Shown in pieces: positions 46,030-54,721 of a DNA stretch of 64,000 nt. The DNA is from an uncultured Pseudomonadota bacterium (GTDB lineage: Bacteria > Oederibacteriota > Muellerivitia > Muellerivitales > Muellerivitaceae), in NCBI GenBank assembly GCA_963770835.1, contig CAVYRH010000005.1, positions 256,001-320,000 of the forward strand, written 5' to 3'. Positions within the stretch are counted from its first letter, which is position 1. Every line of letters starts with the position of its first letter. The translations under genes were made by a program, and so were the position numbers. The notes beneath the pieces are model-generated. The model had not been told where the DNA came from, ran no database searches, and saw nothing but the letters and a program-made list of their open reading frames with translations.

Positions 46030-49000
46030 ATTTTACTTTTCGGTCCTCGCCCTGATGCTCCTCGTGGGCTGCCATTCGGCCAACAATACCAACGCTCCGG
46101 TCGCGCCCCTGCAGGGAACCAGCCTCACCATCAACATGCCCACCGATTCCATCAGCGGGTCGCTTTTGGGGGCCCCCGTTAACACGATTCTTTACTTCAT
46201 CACCGGCCCGGCGATGCAACCGGTTCAGGGAATTGTCGGCCCGATGAATACCCCTGCCAATTCGGGCGAAATCTCTTTCACCATACCCGTACCCCTGGGG
46301 AATTCCCGGCTCCTGGCCTTCCAATTGAACAACGCCACCAACCAACTGCCCCTGGCCGTGGGGGCGGTGGAAACGGATTTCACCTCCCAGCCCTCGGGGC
46401 CCCTCGTCGTCGAAATGGGGTCAGTCGCGAGGAATTGCTACAACATTTCCACGGCGCTTTATAACACCGGGTCTTATTTCACTTTCGAGACCGACGCCCT
46501 GGCGACTTCGGCACCCGTGTCCTATGACGTTAATTTTGTACCGGTCACCGTGGGTTCCACGGTGGGTTTTCAAATGAATGCCTCGGGTACGGACTCGGTG
46601 GCTTATATGGGAAACGGCAACCTAGTGGGTTTTGCGGCCGCGCCTTCCAGCGGTTATGCGGCTTCCTCCGGGGCGGCCAAGCAAGCTGCCGGGGCCTCGG
46701 GGACTCTGCTGCAGGCGGGGGATGTCTATTGCGTGCAATTGAACGGGGGAGGGCATGCCTGGGTACAGATCATCAACGGGGGTTCAGCCACTTCGGGGCC
46801 CTCATTCCGCTTCAGGGTGAACACCACGGCGTCTTATTACGCTTATGAGCAGACGACCATCGACAAATCGGGCAATTGCCCTACGGCCCTTCCTACCCTC
46901 ACTTCCACACCCACCCTGACGGCTACGGTGACTCCTACCTTCACCATCACCAACAGCCCGACGGTCACTGCCACCTGGACCCCTTCTTCTACGCCTACTC
47001 TGACGGACACAATCACTCCCACCGGGACGCCCACGAACAGCCCCACCGCCACCTCCACCAAGACGATCACTTCCACCCCGACCGTGACAAACTCGCCGAC
47101 CATTACACCCACACCCGGGACAGGGCCCATTACCGTCTCCGGTTCGGTTACCTATACCGGGTTTAACACCGTCGATACCATTCAAGCCCTCTGGTTGATC
47201 ATGGTGCCGACGGGTGGTGTGGGCCAGCAGGCGGAAACGTTCGTCACCGTCAACGGAGGGTCCTATACCCTCAACTCGACCCCCGGGAACTACAACCTTT
47301 TGGCTTTTTACGATTATGCCAGCGGGTATAACGGAGGCCCCCTCCCTGTCGGCGACGCCGTGGGTTATTACCAGGGGGCGGGAATGACCTTGGCTTGCCC
47401 AGCTCCCGGCACCCCTCCCATCACGGGATCAGTGAGTAACCTGAACGTCACCATCGGAAACTTAGACTGTTTCGGGAGCCCCACGCCCGTCATCACCCTC
47501 AATCCAACGGGGACCTTTACGCCCTCCTACACCCCAACGGTTTCACCCACTCCCTCGTCCACTTTTACGCCGAGCGCCACGAACACCCCCGGAGGCATCC
47601 CCATTACCGTTTCCGGTTCGGTGTTTACAGGTGGCTTCACGGGCGGCACCCTTTGGGCGGTTTTGGTGCCTGTCAGCGGCGGGACCTCGCAGGTGGTTGA
47701 GGCAATCACGAGCGAAGGAGCGCCTTACACCTTGGTCACGACAGCCGGTTCCTACAACTTGCTGGCTTTTTACGATTATGGAAATCAATTTTACTATGGA
47801 GGCGGCGTACCCTCGGGCTCCCAGTACAATTTTTATTACAGCACCGTTACCCCGGTTTGCACCCCGCCCGCCACTCCCTTTATCACGGGATCGGTGAGCG
47901 GCTTGGCCCTTACCGTCGTGGGGGGGGAATGCAGCGCCAATACCCAGACACCCTTGATCACCCCGGTTCCGACCAACACTCCCACTATCACCCCTACTCC
48001 AACCACCACTACCACCCCTACGCCTTCGGCCACCCCCACCAGCACCCTCGGCCCCGGGGACATCATCACCGTGGCGGGCAATGGGACGGCCGGTTTCGGG
48101 GGTGACAGCGGGAAAGCGGTCACCGCCGAGCTGAGTGGCCCCTCGGGAATAGCGGTGGACTCCTCGGGCAACCTCTATATCGCGGACTCTTTAAATAATC
48201 GGATCCGGAAGGTGGACACGAACGGAAACATCTCAACGGTGGCGGGAAACGGAACGGCGGGATATTCGGGCGACGGGGGCTTAGCCACTTCGGCGGAGCT
48301 GCTCCAACCCTGGGGAGTCGCCGTGGATTCCTCCGGAAATCTTTATATTTCCGACTGGCAGTACAATGTCATCCGGGAGGTCTCCGGCGGGATCATCAAC
48401 ACCATCGCGGGCTACAACCAAGCAACCCCCCCATCTTGCGCCTCCAATTGGACGGGTTTCCAGGGCGACGGCGGGCCGGCCACCTGCGGCGAGCTTCAAT
48501 ACTCCACCGGAATCGCCTTGGACTCCTCGGGCAACCTCTATATCGGGGACACGAATGACCACCGGATCCGCGAGGTCTCGGGCGGGATCATCAACACCAT
48601 CGCCGGCGGAGGCGTGGGTTCCGGTTTCACCGACGGCGAAGCGGCCACCCTCGCGGGCATGGCGGGCCCCTATCAGGCGGTGGTGGACTCCTCCTCCAAC
48701 ATCTACATTTCCGATTTATCAACCCAGGAAATCTATGAAGTTTCATCAGGAAATATAACGCTGTTGGCGGGAACCGGGTTGCAGGGTTACTCGGGCGACG
48801 GGGGGACGGCCACCTCGGCGGAGCTGGACAGCCCCAGGGGAATCGCGGTGGATTCCTCGGGCAACGTCTATTTCGCGGATGCTTACAACCAAGTGATCCG
48901 GAAGATCAGCGGCGGCATCATCTCCCTTTACGCGGGTTCGTCCACCATCGTGGGAAGCACCACCTCTGGCGTGGGGGGGTACTCGGGCGACGGAGGGCCG

Positions 49001-49108
49001 GCCACCTCCGCCAAGCTTAGTCAACCCGCGGGAGTCGCCGTGGATTCCGCCGGAAACCTTTATATCGCGGACACCAGCAACAACGTGATCCGAAAGGTGC
49101 TCCATTAA
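46013..49108 (+). CDS. surface lipoprotein with Pro/Thr linkers and a C-terminal NHL beta-propeller
   Basis: lipobox LVGC; TPT repeats; repeated P.GIAVDSSGNLYIAD and GYSGDGG.AT. Confidence 0.9.
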   Translation: MKSNYKFYFSVLALMLLVGCHSANNTNAPVAPLQGTSLTINMPTDSISGSLLGAPVNTILYFITGPAMQPVQGIVGPMNTPANSGEISFTIPVPLGNSRLLAFQLNNATNQLPLAVGAVETDFTSQPSGPLVVEMGSVARNCYNISTALYNTGSYFTFETDALATSAPVSYDVNFVPVTVGSTVGFQMNASGTDSVAYMGNGNLVGFAAAPSSGYAASSGAAKQAAGASGTLLQAGDVYCVQLNGGGHAWVQIINGGSATSGPSFRFRVNTTASYYAYEQTTIDKSGNCPTALPTLTSTPTLTATVTPTFTITNSPTVTATWTPSSTPTLTDTITPTGTPTNSPTATSTKTITSTPTVTNSPTITPTPGTGPITVSGSVTYTGFNTVDTIQALWLIMVPTGGVGQQAETFVTVNGGSYTLNSTPGNYNLLAFYDYASGYNGGPLPVGDAVGYYQGAGMTLACPAPGTPPITGSVSNLNVTIGNLDCFGSPTPVITLNPTGTFTPSYTPTVSPTPSSTFTPSATNTPGGIPITVSGSVFTGGFTGGTLWAVLVPVSGGTSQVVEAITSEGAPYTLVTTAGSYNLLAFYDYGNQFYYGGGVPSGSQYNFYYSTVTPVCTPPATPFITGSVSGLALTVVGGECSANTQTPLITPVPTNTPTITPTPTTTTTPTPSATPTSTLGPGDIITVAGNGTAGFGGDSGKAVTAELSGPSGIAVDSSGNLYIADSLNNRIRKVDTNGNISTVAGNGTAGYSGDGGLATSAELLQPWGVAVDSSGNLYISDWQYNVIREVSGGIINTIAGYNQATPPSCASNWTGFQGDGGPATCGELQYSTGIALDSSGNLYIGDTNDHRIREVSGGIINTIAGGGVGSGFTDGEAATLAGMAGPYQAVVDSSSNIYISDLSTQEIYEVSSGNITLLAGTGLQGYSGDGGTATSAELDSPRGIAVDSSGNVYFADAYNQVIRKISGGIISLYAGSSTIVGSTTSGVGGYSGDGGPATSAKLSQPAGVAVDSAGNLYIADTSNNVIRKVLH

Positions 49109-49126
49109 GGCCTGGCCAGGACTGTG

Positions 49127-49237
49127 ATGAGTCCGTGGTTCTCTAGGATACCTACGGGCATCGCGGTGGATGGAAACGGGTTCATCTACGTGGCTGACGC
49201 GGGTCTTTGGATCGTCGGGATATTCAACCCAGGGTAA
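49127..49237 (+). pseudogene. orphan single NHL-repeat fragment
   Basis: hand translation MSPWFSRIPTGIAVDGNGFIYVADAGLWIVGIFNPG*. Confidence 0.6.
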
Positions 49238-49267
49238 CCTTAAAAATCAAACGGCAAGGAGGCTTCG

Positions 49268-49855
49268 ATGAAGACATTGACTTGGGTTTTTATTATTTTC
49301 ATGGCGGTCTTGGGAGTTTGCCGCGCGCAAGACGATAATCCGGGCGACGGCAATCCAACGGCCACTGCCAAACCCAAATTCCAACCCATCGAGATCCAGA
49401 CCTTCGGGTGGGGGAACCACGCCACGAACGGGTTCTATTACAACGGTTTGCCCCTGACGGATCCGCGGGACTTCGAGCGGGTCATTGACCCCCTCAACGA
49501 CGCCCAGGCCAGCCAAATGCTCCGTTCCGCCGCGGACGAGAGCGGCTGGGGGACGGGCCTTTTGGTGGGGGGTATCGCGTTGGAAGCGGCGGGTTGGGTG
49601 GATTTCACCGTCGTGATGGCATCCTTGGCGTCCGATACCGGGGATAAAGGCCCCGATATAGGACCGTCCTTGATCATGATCCTGGGGGGAACCGGGATAT
49701 GGGTCGGGGGCCTGCTTTTGGATGTCAACGCGGGCAACGACCGCTACAACGCCGTCAATCGCTACAACTATGTGGTCCAGCATGGTAATGGCCTGTCCTT
49801 GATGTTCCTGCCTGATACCCAGAAACCGGGCTTAGCTTTTACCCAACGCTTTTAA
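49268..49855 (+). CDS. exported/membrane hypothetical protein
   Basis: AAGGAGG RBS, signal peptide, two hydrophobic helices, terminal F. Confidence 0.75.
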   Translation: MKTLTWVFIIFMAVLGVCRAQDDNPGDGNPTATAKPKFQPIEIQTFGWGNHATNGFYYNGLPLTDPRDFERVIDPLNDAQASQMLRSAADESGWGTGLLVGGIALEAAGWVDFTVVMASLASDTGDKGPDIGPSLIMILGGTGIWVGGLLLDVNAGNDRYNAVNRYNYVVQHGNGLSLMFLPDTQKPGLAFTQRF

Positions 49856-49927
49856 TCCATCTAAACTTAAAATCGCCCGGAAAATATCTTTCATCGTCCG
49901 GCGCATTTCAAATTTATTGTTCTAAAG

Positions 49928-49980
49928 TTGTCCACGGCGGGGAACCCCGCACCCCAGAGCGGGGCAGTGGCATTGGACAA
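49928..49980 (+). repeat. cassette-boundary site 1 (with 23-bp hairpin insert)
   Basis: TTGTCCA CGGCGGGGAA[CCCCGCACCCCAGAGCGGGGCAG]TGGCAT TGGACAA. Confidence 0.75.
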
Positions 49981-50008
49981 ACAAATTAACCAAATGAAGG
50001 AGGCGATT

Positions 50009-50491
50009 GTGCGGAGATCGAAATCGATAGGGAAGATCAGTTTGGCCCTGGGTCTAATTTTATTGGGCATGAATTATTTGGGCTGCTCAAGCTCTGATAA
50101 CGAAGCCGACAGCAAGGCCTACGTGGATAAAGTTGCGCCGGTCATATTCAAGGATTGGGATACGACTCTTATTTTGGCGGAAGCCGATCCGGATTTGAAG
50201 AATTACGCTGACACAAATAAAGAAGTCTTCGAGAAAGGTATCCAATCCTTCAAGGATGCGGTCGGTTCCATGAAAGCTTACAAAGGCGCAACCCTTTTGG
50301 GAAAACCCACCGAGGGACCGGACCATACAGTTGTTGCCGCTTATTCCGTTGAGGCTGATTTTGAGAAAGGGACCAGTAAGATTATGCTGACCACTACCCT
50401 CCGTGATGGGAAATGGCAGATGGGCCTTTTTAACCTAGATCCGCAGGCTGAGCTACAAAGGATGACAAAGGCCATGACCCCGAACCCCTAA
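50009..50491 (+). CDS. hypothetical lipoprotein
   Basis: AAGGAGG then GTG start, lipobox YLGC, Y..EADFEKG C-terminal strands. Confidence 0.75.
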   Translation: MRRSKSIGKISLALGLILLGMNYLGCSSSDNEADSKAYVDKVAPVIFKDWDTTLILAEADPDLKNYADTNKEVFEKGIQSFKDAVGSMKAYKGATLLGKPTEGPDHTVVAAYSVEADFEKGTSKIMLTTTLRDGKWQMGLFNLDPQAELQRMTKAMTPNP

Positions 50492-50556
50492 ACAACCGGA
50501 TGAGCCGGGAGTTTCTGCGGCCTTGCTAAACCATTAGTCTTTTGCTGACGAAAACT

Positions 50557-50585
50557 TTGTCCACGACGGGGACCCATCGTGGACA
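50557..50585 (+). repeat. cassette-boundary site 2 (last base displaced to 51386 by the intron)
   Basis: TTGTCCA CGACGGGGACCCATCG TGGACA|intron|A. Confidence 0.85.
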
Positions 50586-51385
50586 TCGTGCCAGAGGAGG
50601 GTTTGCAGAGCCAGCAGGTGAGGGAGTAGGCCGATGAGGGTCAACCCAAGTCCTGACCAGGTAATCACCAGAGAGCCTGGAAGTCAGCCCCCGGCGTAGG
50701 ATCGAGAGGTCCTGCCCGAAACGGGGTCATAAACCTCATTTAGTGAGGGAACAATCCAGCAGTCCGCAACATCAAGTGAATCCTGCCGCTTCGTGAATGG
50801 GACACCGAAAGGTGCAAGGGGATGCCGAGCCGCGTGTCTACTGGCGAAGGCCACGATCCCGCTGAAGAATCTGGTAGCAAGCGGGGCAAGTCCTCCGGAG
50901 TATGGGGAACGGAATGTTGGAAAGGCTATGCAAGCAAGCTGGGAGATCCTACCCGCCAAAAGACTTGCCGCTATAAGGCTAAAACCGAAAAGAGGCAAGG
51001 GTGGGAGGAAGTCGGAGGGGGTCACAGTACCGATGAAGGGGTGGACAACAAAACCACCCTGAGGGAAGGACCCCTGCTTCAACCATGTGTCTCAAAGAAG
51101 GTAGGCGCTGGAGCATGCCCCAAAAGGGCCAACAACTCTGTAGTACCAAAGCGCGAGGCCTTTGACAACAGGCACTATGCCGAGCGGCCAAGGGGGAAGT
51201 CGAACCTGTAAAGCCGCCGGAGGAGAGGTTGTCGGAAAGCCGTATGATCGAAAAGGTCACGTACGGTTTGACGAGGGGGCGCTGGAAACGAAGTGATGAG
51301 GGAACCTCGTTGGGGCACGGAACCGGAAACGGGGAAACAGATCAAGGAACCCTCTGCACACCATCGCGCCAGTGCTCTACTCTGC
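50586..51385 (+). mobile_element. ORF-less group II intron (IIB, bacterial class E-like), 800 nt
   Basis: domain V AAGCCGTATGATCGAAAAGGTCACGTACGGTTT (51237-51269, AGC triad, AC bulge); long DVI with bulged A 7 nt from the end; DIII; DIV closed by CAACC/GGTTG with a degenerate IEP start (KARGL*QQALCRAAK). Confidence 0.92.
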
Positions 51386-51462
51386 ACCCCGGCCCCGCAA
51401 GGGGGATTGCGAAGCTTGGCGGATGGATACACAATCGTATATACAGAAAAGGAGGTTTTCCA

Positions 51463-51696
51463 ATGAAAATTTTAATTGTCCTTCCCGATGAATTGGGGGC
51501 GGAACTAAAGCATTCCATTCCCGCGCGCCAAAGAAGCCGGTTTGTCGCGGAAGCGGTTGAAAAACAACTCCGGTCGATGAAATTCAAGAAAGTCCTTAAG
51601 AAAACAGCCGGAACATGGACGGATAAAAACCATCCTGATATGACAACCCAAGCCGGTATCAACCGCCACTTGGGCCGAATCCGGGGATGGAAATAA
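51463..51696 (+). CDS. VapB-like antitoxin (ribbon-helix-helix)
   Basis: AAGGAGG RBS; MKILIVLPDEL...RSRFVAEAV; directly upstream of a PIN toxin. Confidence 0.8.
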   Translation: MKILIVLPDELGAELKHSIPARQRSRFVAEAVEKQLRSMKFKKVLKKTAGTWTDKNHPDMTTQAGINRHLGRIRGWK

Positions 51697-51705
51697 GCCA
51701 ATCCC

Positions 51706-52095
51706 ATGGCCTACCTGATTGATTCCGACGTCATTATTTGGGCCCTTCGTGGGCGCCCGTCGATAGTGAAACTCTTATTAAACCTCTCCGAGGAAGATTC
51801 CATAGCCTGTTCAGCCATAAATGTTCTGGAGGTAGAAGTCGGAGCCAAACCCCCTGAAATGAAAGCGGTCCGCCAACATTTGGGAAGCTACGAAATACTT
51901 CCGGTTCTCCCCTCAACAGCCCAAAAAGCAGCTGAAATTCTTCGTTCGTCTTCCCGCAAACCTCACCCGGGTGAATGGGCTGACGCGGTTATCGCCGCCA
52001 CGGCCCTACTTAATGATTTAACGTTGGTCACCTTTAACACCCGTCATTACCAATACCCAGGGCTTTCACTTCATACAATGAAGGACTTAATTTAG
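51706..52095 (+). CDS. vapC: VapC-family PIN domain toxin
   Basis: YLIDSDVII, S.I...E, DAVIAATA and LVTFN.RH motifs. Confidence 0.92.
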   Translation: MAYLIDSDVIIWALRGRPSIVKLLLNLSEEDSIACSAINVLEVEVGAKPPEMKAVRQHLGSYEILPVLPSTAQKAAEILRSSSRKPHPGEWADAVIAATALLNDLTLVTFNTRHYQYPGLSLHTMKDLI

Positions 52096-52116
52096 GGTTT
52101 TTGGGCGAACGGTAGG

Positions 52117-52210
52117 TTGTCCACGACCTGTCTCCCGACCTGTCCCCCGGAACTTTAGTGCAGGGGGAAGTTCAATGAACGTAGGGAGTACGGGGACCCA
52201 TCAAGGGCCA
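52117..52210 (+). repeat. cassette-boundary site 3 (with nested 64-bp insert)
   Basis: TTGTCCA CG[insert 52126-52189]ACGGGGACCCATCA AGGGCCA. Confidence 0.8.
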
Positions 52211-52257
52211 AGAGAAAAAGCGTAAACCAATCTTCGTATAAAGGCATTAATTAAAAG

Positions 52258-52596
52258 ATGAAAAGGAAATATTCGGAATTTTTTGAGGCGAGAAATAGAT
52301 TGGGGCATCAGGTTTTTTGGATGTGGCTTTCCTTTTTCCCCCTCGTGTTTTTAATCGCGGTGTTCTCCAAATGGATCCCGGGAATTGCCGGATTACTTCT
52401 TTCCCTGTTCCTTTTTTATGTTCTTCTGACATTTGGGTTTGGTATCGCCTATTCTTTTTTAAAATGCCCGCGGTGTAAAAAAAAGTTCACTCGGTCTTTA
52501 GACATAAAATTTGAATCGGGCTTGGATTTACTGCGGATATTCAGGGGTAGGCAATGTTCTAATTGCGGGTTGATAATGCCCCGGCCCAAAAAGTGA
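52258..52596 (+). CDS. small AT-rich membrane protein with zinc ribbon
   Basis: two TM segments followed by CPRC...CSNCG. Confidence 0.7.
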   Translation: MKRKYSEFFEARNRLGHQVFWMWLSFFPLVFLIAVFSKWIPGIAGLLLSLFLFYVLLTFGFGIAYSFLKCPRCKKKFTRSLDIKFESGLDLLRIFRGRQCSNCGLIMPRPKK

Positions 52597-52608
52597 TGGA
52601 TTCAAGGG

Positions 52609-52638
52609 TTGTCCACGGCGGGGAGGCTTATTCGACAG
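52609..52638 (+). repeat. cassette-boundary site 4
   Basis: TTGTCCA CGGCGGGGAGGCTTAT TCGACAG. Confidence 0.8.
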
Positions 52639-52975
52639 GTGAAATTAAAAATAGGACCAAGCGAGGGAATGTGAGACAAAATTCTTTTAGATATTTTATT
52701 TTCTTCATTTTTTTAATGCAGGCTTTTTCTACATCCGCACAAACCTCTGTTTCCGTTGAAGATTCCATGAAAAGGTTGGCCACTGACCCGAATTTTATCG
52801 ATATTACCAACTTCAAAGGCGTCACGATCGACCTCAAATACTCCACAACGGATAACTTTACCGGAACCAACCTGTATGGGAATTTTAAAATAGCTTATCT
52901 TCATAAAATTGCCGCCGGGAAATTAAAAAAAGCAATTGATCTGCTTCAAGCCAGCCACCCCGGTTATCAATTTAT

Positions 52976-54267
52976 GGGCACCTCTAAAAATTCTGTTTGA
53001 AGGCTTTACGGTCACCTCAAACCAGTTTGCAACCCTCAACCAAAGGAGTTCGTGGAAATTTTTGGCCCGGAATCTCCCTTCGGCTACTCCCAGAACCTTT
53101 CCTTAGCCCCCAAAGTCTTTAAAATCTATGCGTTCACTGCCTCCGGACGCATTCGTCCCATTAAGTACGTAAATCGCTGCATGTTGTAAGCCAGGTTCCG
53201 CATTCCTATCTTCATCCGGGCCCTCACCTTGCCCACCACCCTCAACCAGTTTCCACCCATCGCCGTTTCCATGTGCCCGAACACATGCTCGACTCTCGCC
53301 CGAACCTTGGACCGCATCTTGTTCAACTTTTCCTGGAACTCCGTCATGGGATGATTCCGATTCGACTTGTAATGAATCTGGTTGTTATATCGCCTGCGCT
53401 TCAAGGTCTTGTTCTTCTTCTGTGACCGGTATGCGCTGTCTGCCCACACCTTCTTGCGGTTCTCCACGTCCAACAACTCCTCGAAAACCTCCCGGTCGGG
53501 TACCGAAGCCGCCGTCACCTCAAACTTCCGGACCAGCTTGTGTTTCTTATCCACGTTGATATGGTTCTTGTACCCGTAGTGATTCACGCCGTTTTTTTGC
53601 ACCCATCTCGCATCCACGTCTTTTTGCCTCATCTTATCGGTATCCCCCTTCCACTCCTGAGGTGTTTCCCCCTTCTTGATCTGGCCGTTTTCGTCTTTGG
53701 TGTTCCTCTGCCGGGGCACTTCCACTATCGAAGCATCGATGATCTGCCCTTCCTGGGCCTTCAGCCCGACCCGATCCAGGTGCCGGTTGAATTTCCCGAA
53801 CAACTGGTCAATCCAGCCGCCTTGGGCCAGCTTGTTGCGGTATAACCAGATGGTCTTGGCATCCGGCACATCCTTATCCATACCCAGCCCCAAAAACCTC
53901 ATGAAACTCAGCCGGTCCTGGATATGGAATTGTGTCCTTTCGTCCGCCAGGTTGTATAGGGCCTGTAAAACTAGCACCTTGAACATTAGTACTTCATCGT
54001 ACGGGGTACGCCCCGCCTCGCTTTTGCGTTCCTTATCGCGTAATGCCTTGCGCAACATACTGCGGAAATCCTCCCAGGGCACTACTCGGTTCAAGGCTTC
54101 CAGCGGGTCCCCCATTTCATCCAGGGATTTCAAGCGGTCTTGAAGGTCGAAGAATCCGGTTTGGCCCATTGCGGCACCTCGTTCAAGGATTTTTCAGCGT
54201 TTTCACGCGCTGTTTTCTCCTTGTACCTCCTTCACTTCGTCTCTACAACCAATTTTTAGACGTGCCC
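52976..54267 (-). mobile_element. complete IS5-family insertion sequence, 1292 bp
   Basis: 17-bp IRs GGGCAC(C/G)TCTAAAAATT and 4-bp target duplication TTAT. Confidence 0.96.
53126..54169 (-). CDS. IS5 family DDE transposase
   Basis: DRLSFMRFLG, IIDAS, YGYKNH, WADSAY and RARVEHVFG motifs. Confidence 0.96.
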   Translation of the reverse strand: MGQTGFFDLQDRLKSLDEMGDPLEALNRVVPWEDFRSMLRKALRDKERKSEAGRTPYDEVLMFKVLVLQALYNLADERTQFHIQDRLSFMRFLGLGMDKDVPDAKTIWLYRNKLAQGGWIDQLFGKFNRHLDRVGLKAQEGQIIDASIVEVPRQRNTKDENGQIKKGETPQEWKGDTDKMRQKDVDARWVQKNGVNHYGYKNHINVDKKHKLVRKFEVTAASVPDREVFEELLDVENRKKVWADSAYRSQKKNKTLKRRRYNNQIHYKSNRNHPMTEFQEKLNKMRSKVRARVEHVFGHMETAMGGNWLRVVGKVRARMKIGMRNLAYNMQRFTYLMGRMRPEAVNA

Positions 54268-54721
54268 TTATCGTTTTTGATGCTTTGCGGCCCCGCTCCG
54301 TTCAATGGGAGCTATGGAATCGCGTTAAAGGCACGGCCCAGCAAAAGTTTGTGGCGACCCCCCAAATGGGCTCAAACCATAATTATGGTCTCGCCGTGGA
54401 TATCGGTCTTTTAGATGAGAATGGAAAATTGCTTGATATGGGCGCGCCCTTTGACGGTTTTACCCCTCTTTCAGAACCCCAACTGGAAAGTAAGTTTTTG
54501 AAAGAGGGGAAATTGACCCCAAAACAGGTGGGTAACCGGCTCATTCTTCGTCGGGCAATGGAAGGCGCCGGATTTATACAATTGCCCCATGAATGGTGGC
54601 ATTATGATGCCTTGAAATCGAAAGACATCCGCGGAAAAATGGAAATTGTGGAATAAAGTTATGTTTTGACTTTGAATAAACCGAAGGCCCATTTTAATCA
54701 AACCTTATGGAGCCGTGACCA

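Larger units (their letters stand above)
52671..54656 (+). pseudogene. ddpX: D-Ala-D-Ala dipeptidase (M15D, DdpX/VanX family) disrupted by IS5
   Basis: DLKYST.DNFTG..LY upstream; SNHNYGLAVD, DMG..FD and EWWHY downstream; removing the IS restores PGYQFIVFDALRPRSVQ. Confidence 0.9.

Noticed and set aside
50684..51462. ORFs within the intron and the long N-terminal extension of the antitoxin (51229)
   Set aside because: They overlap structured intron domains and have no RT motifs; the antitoxin RBS points to 51463.
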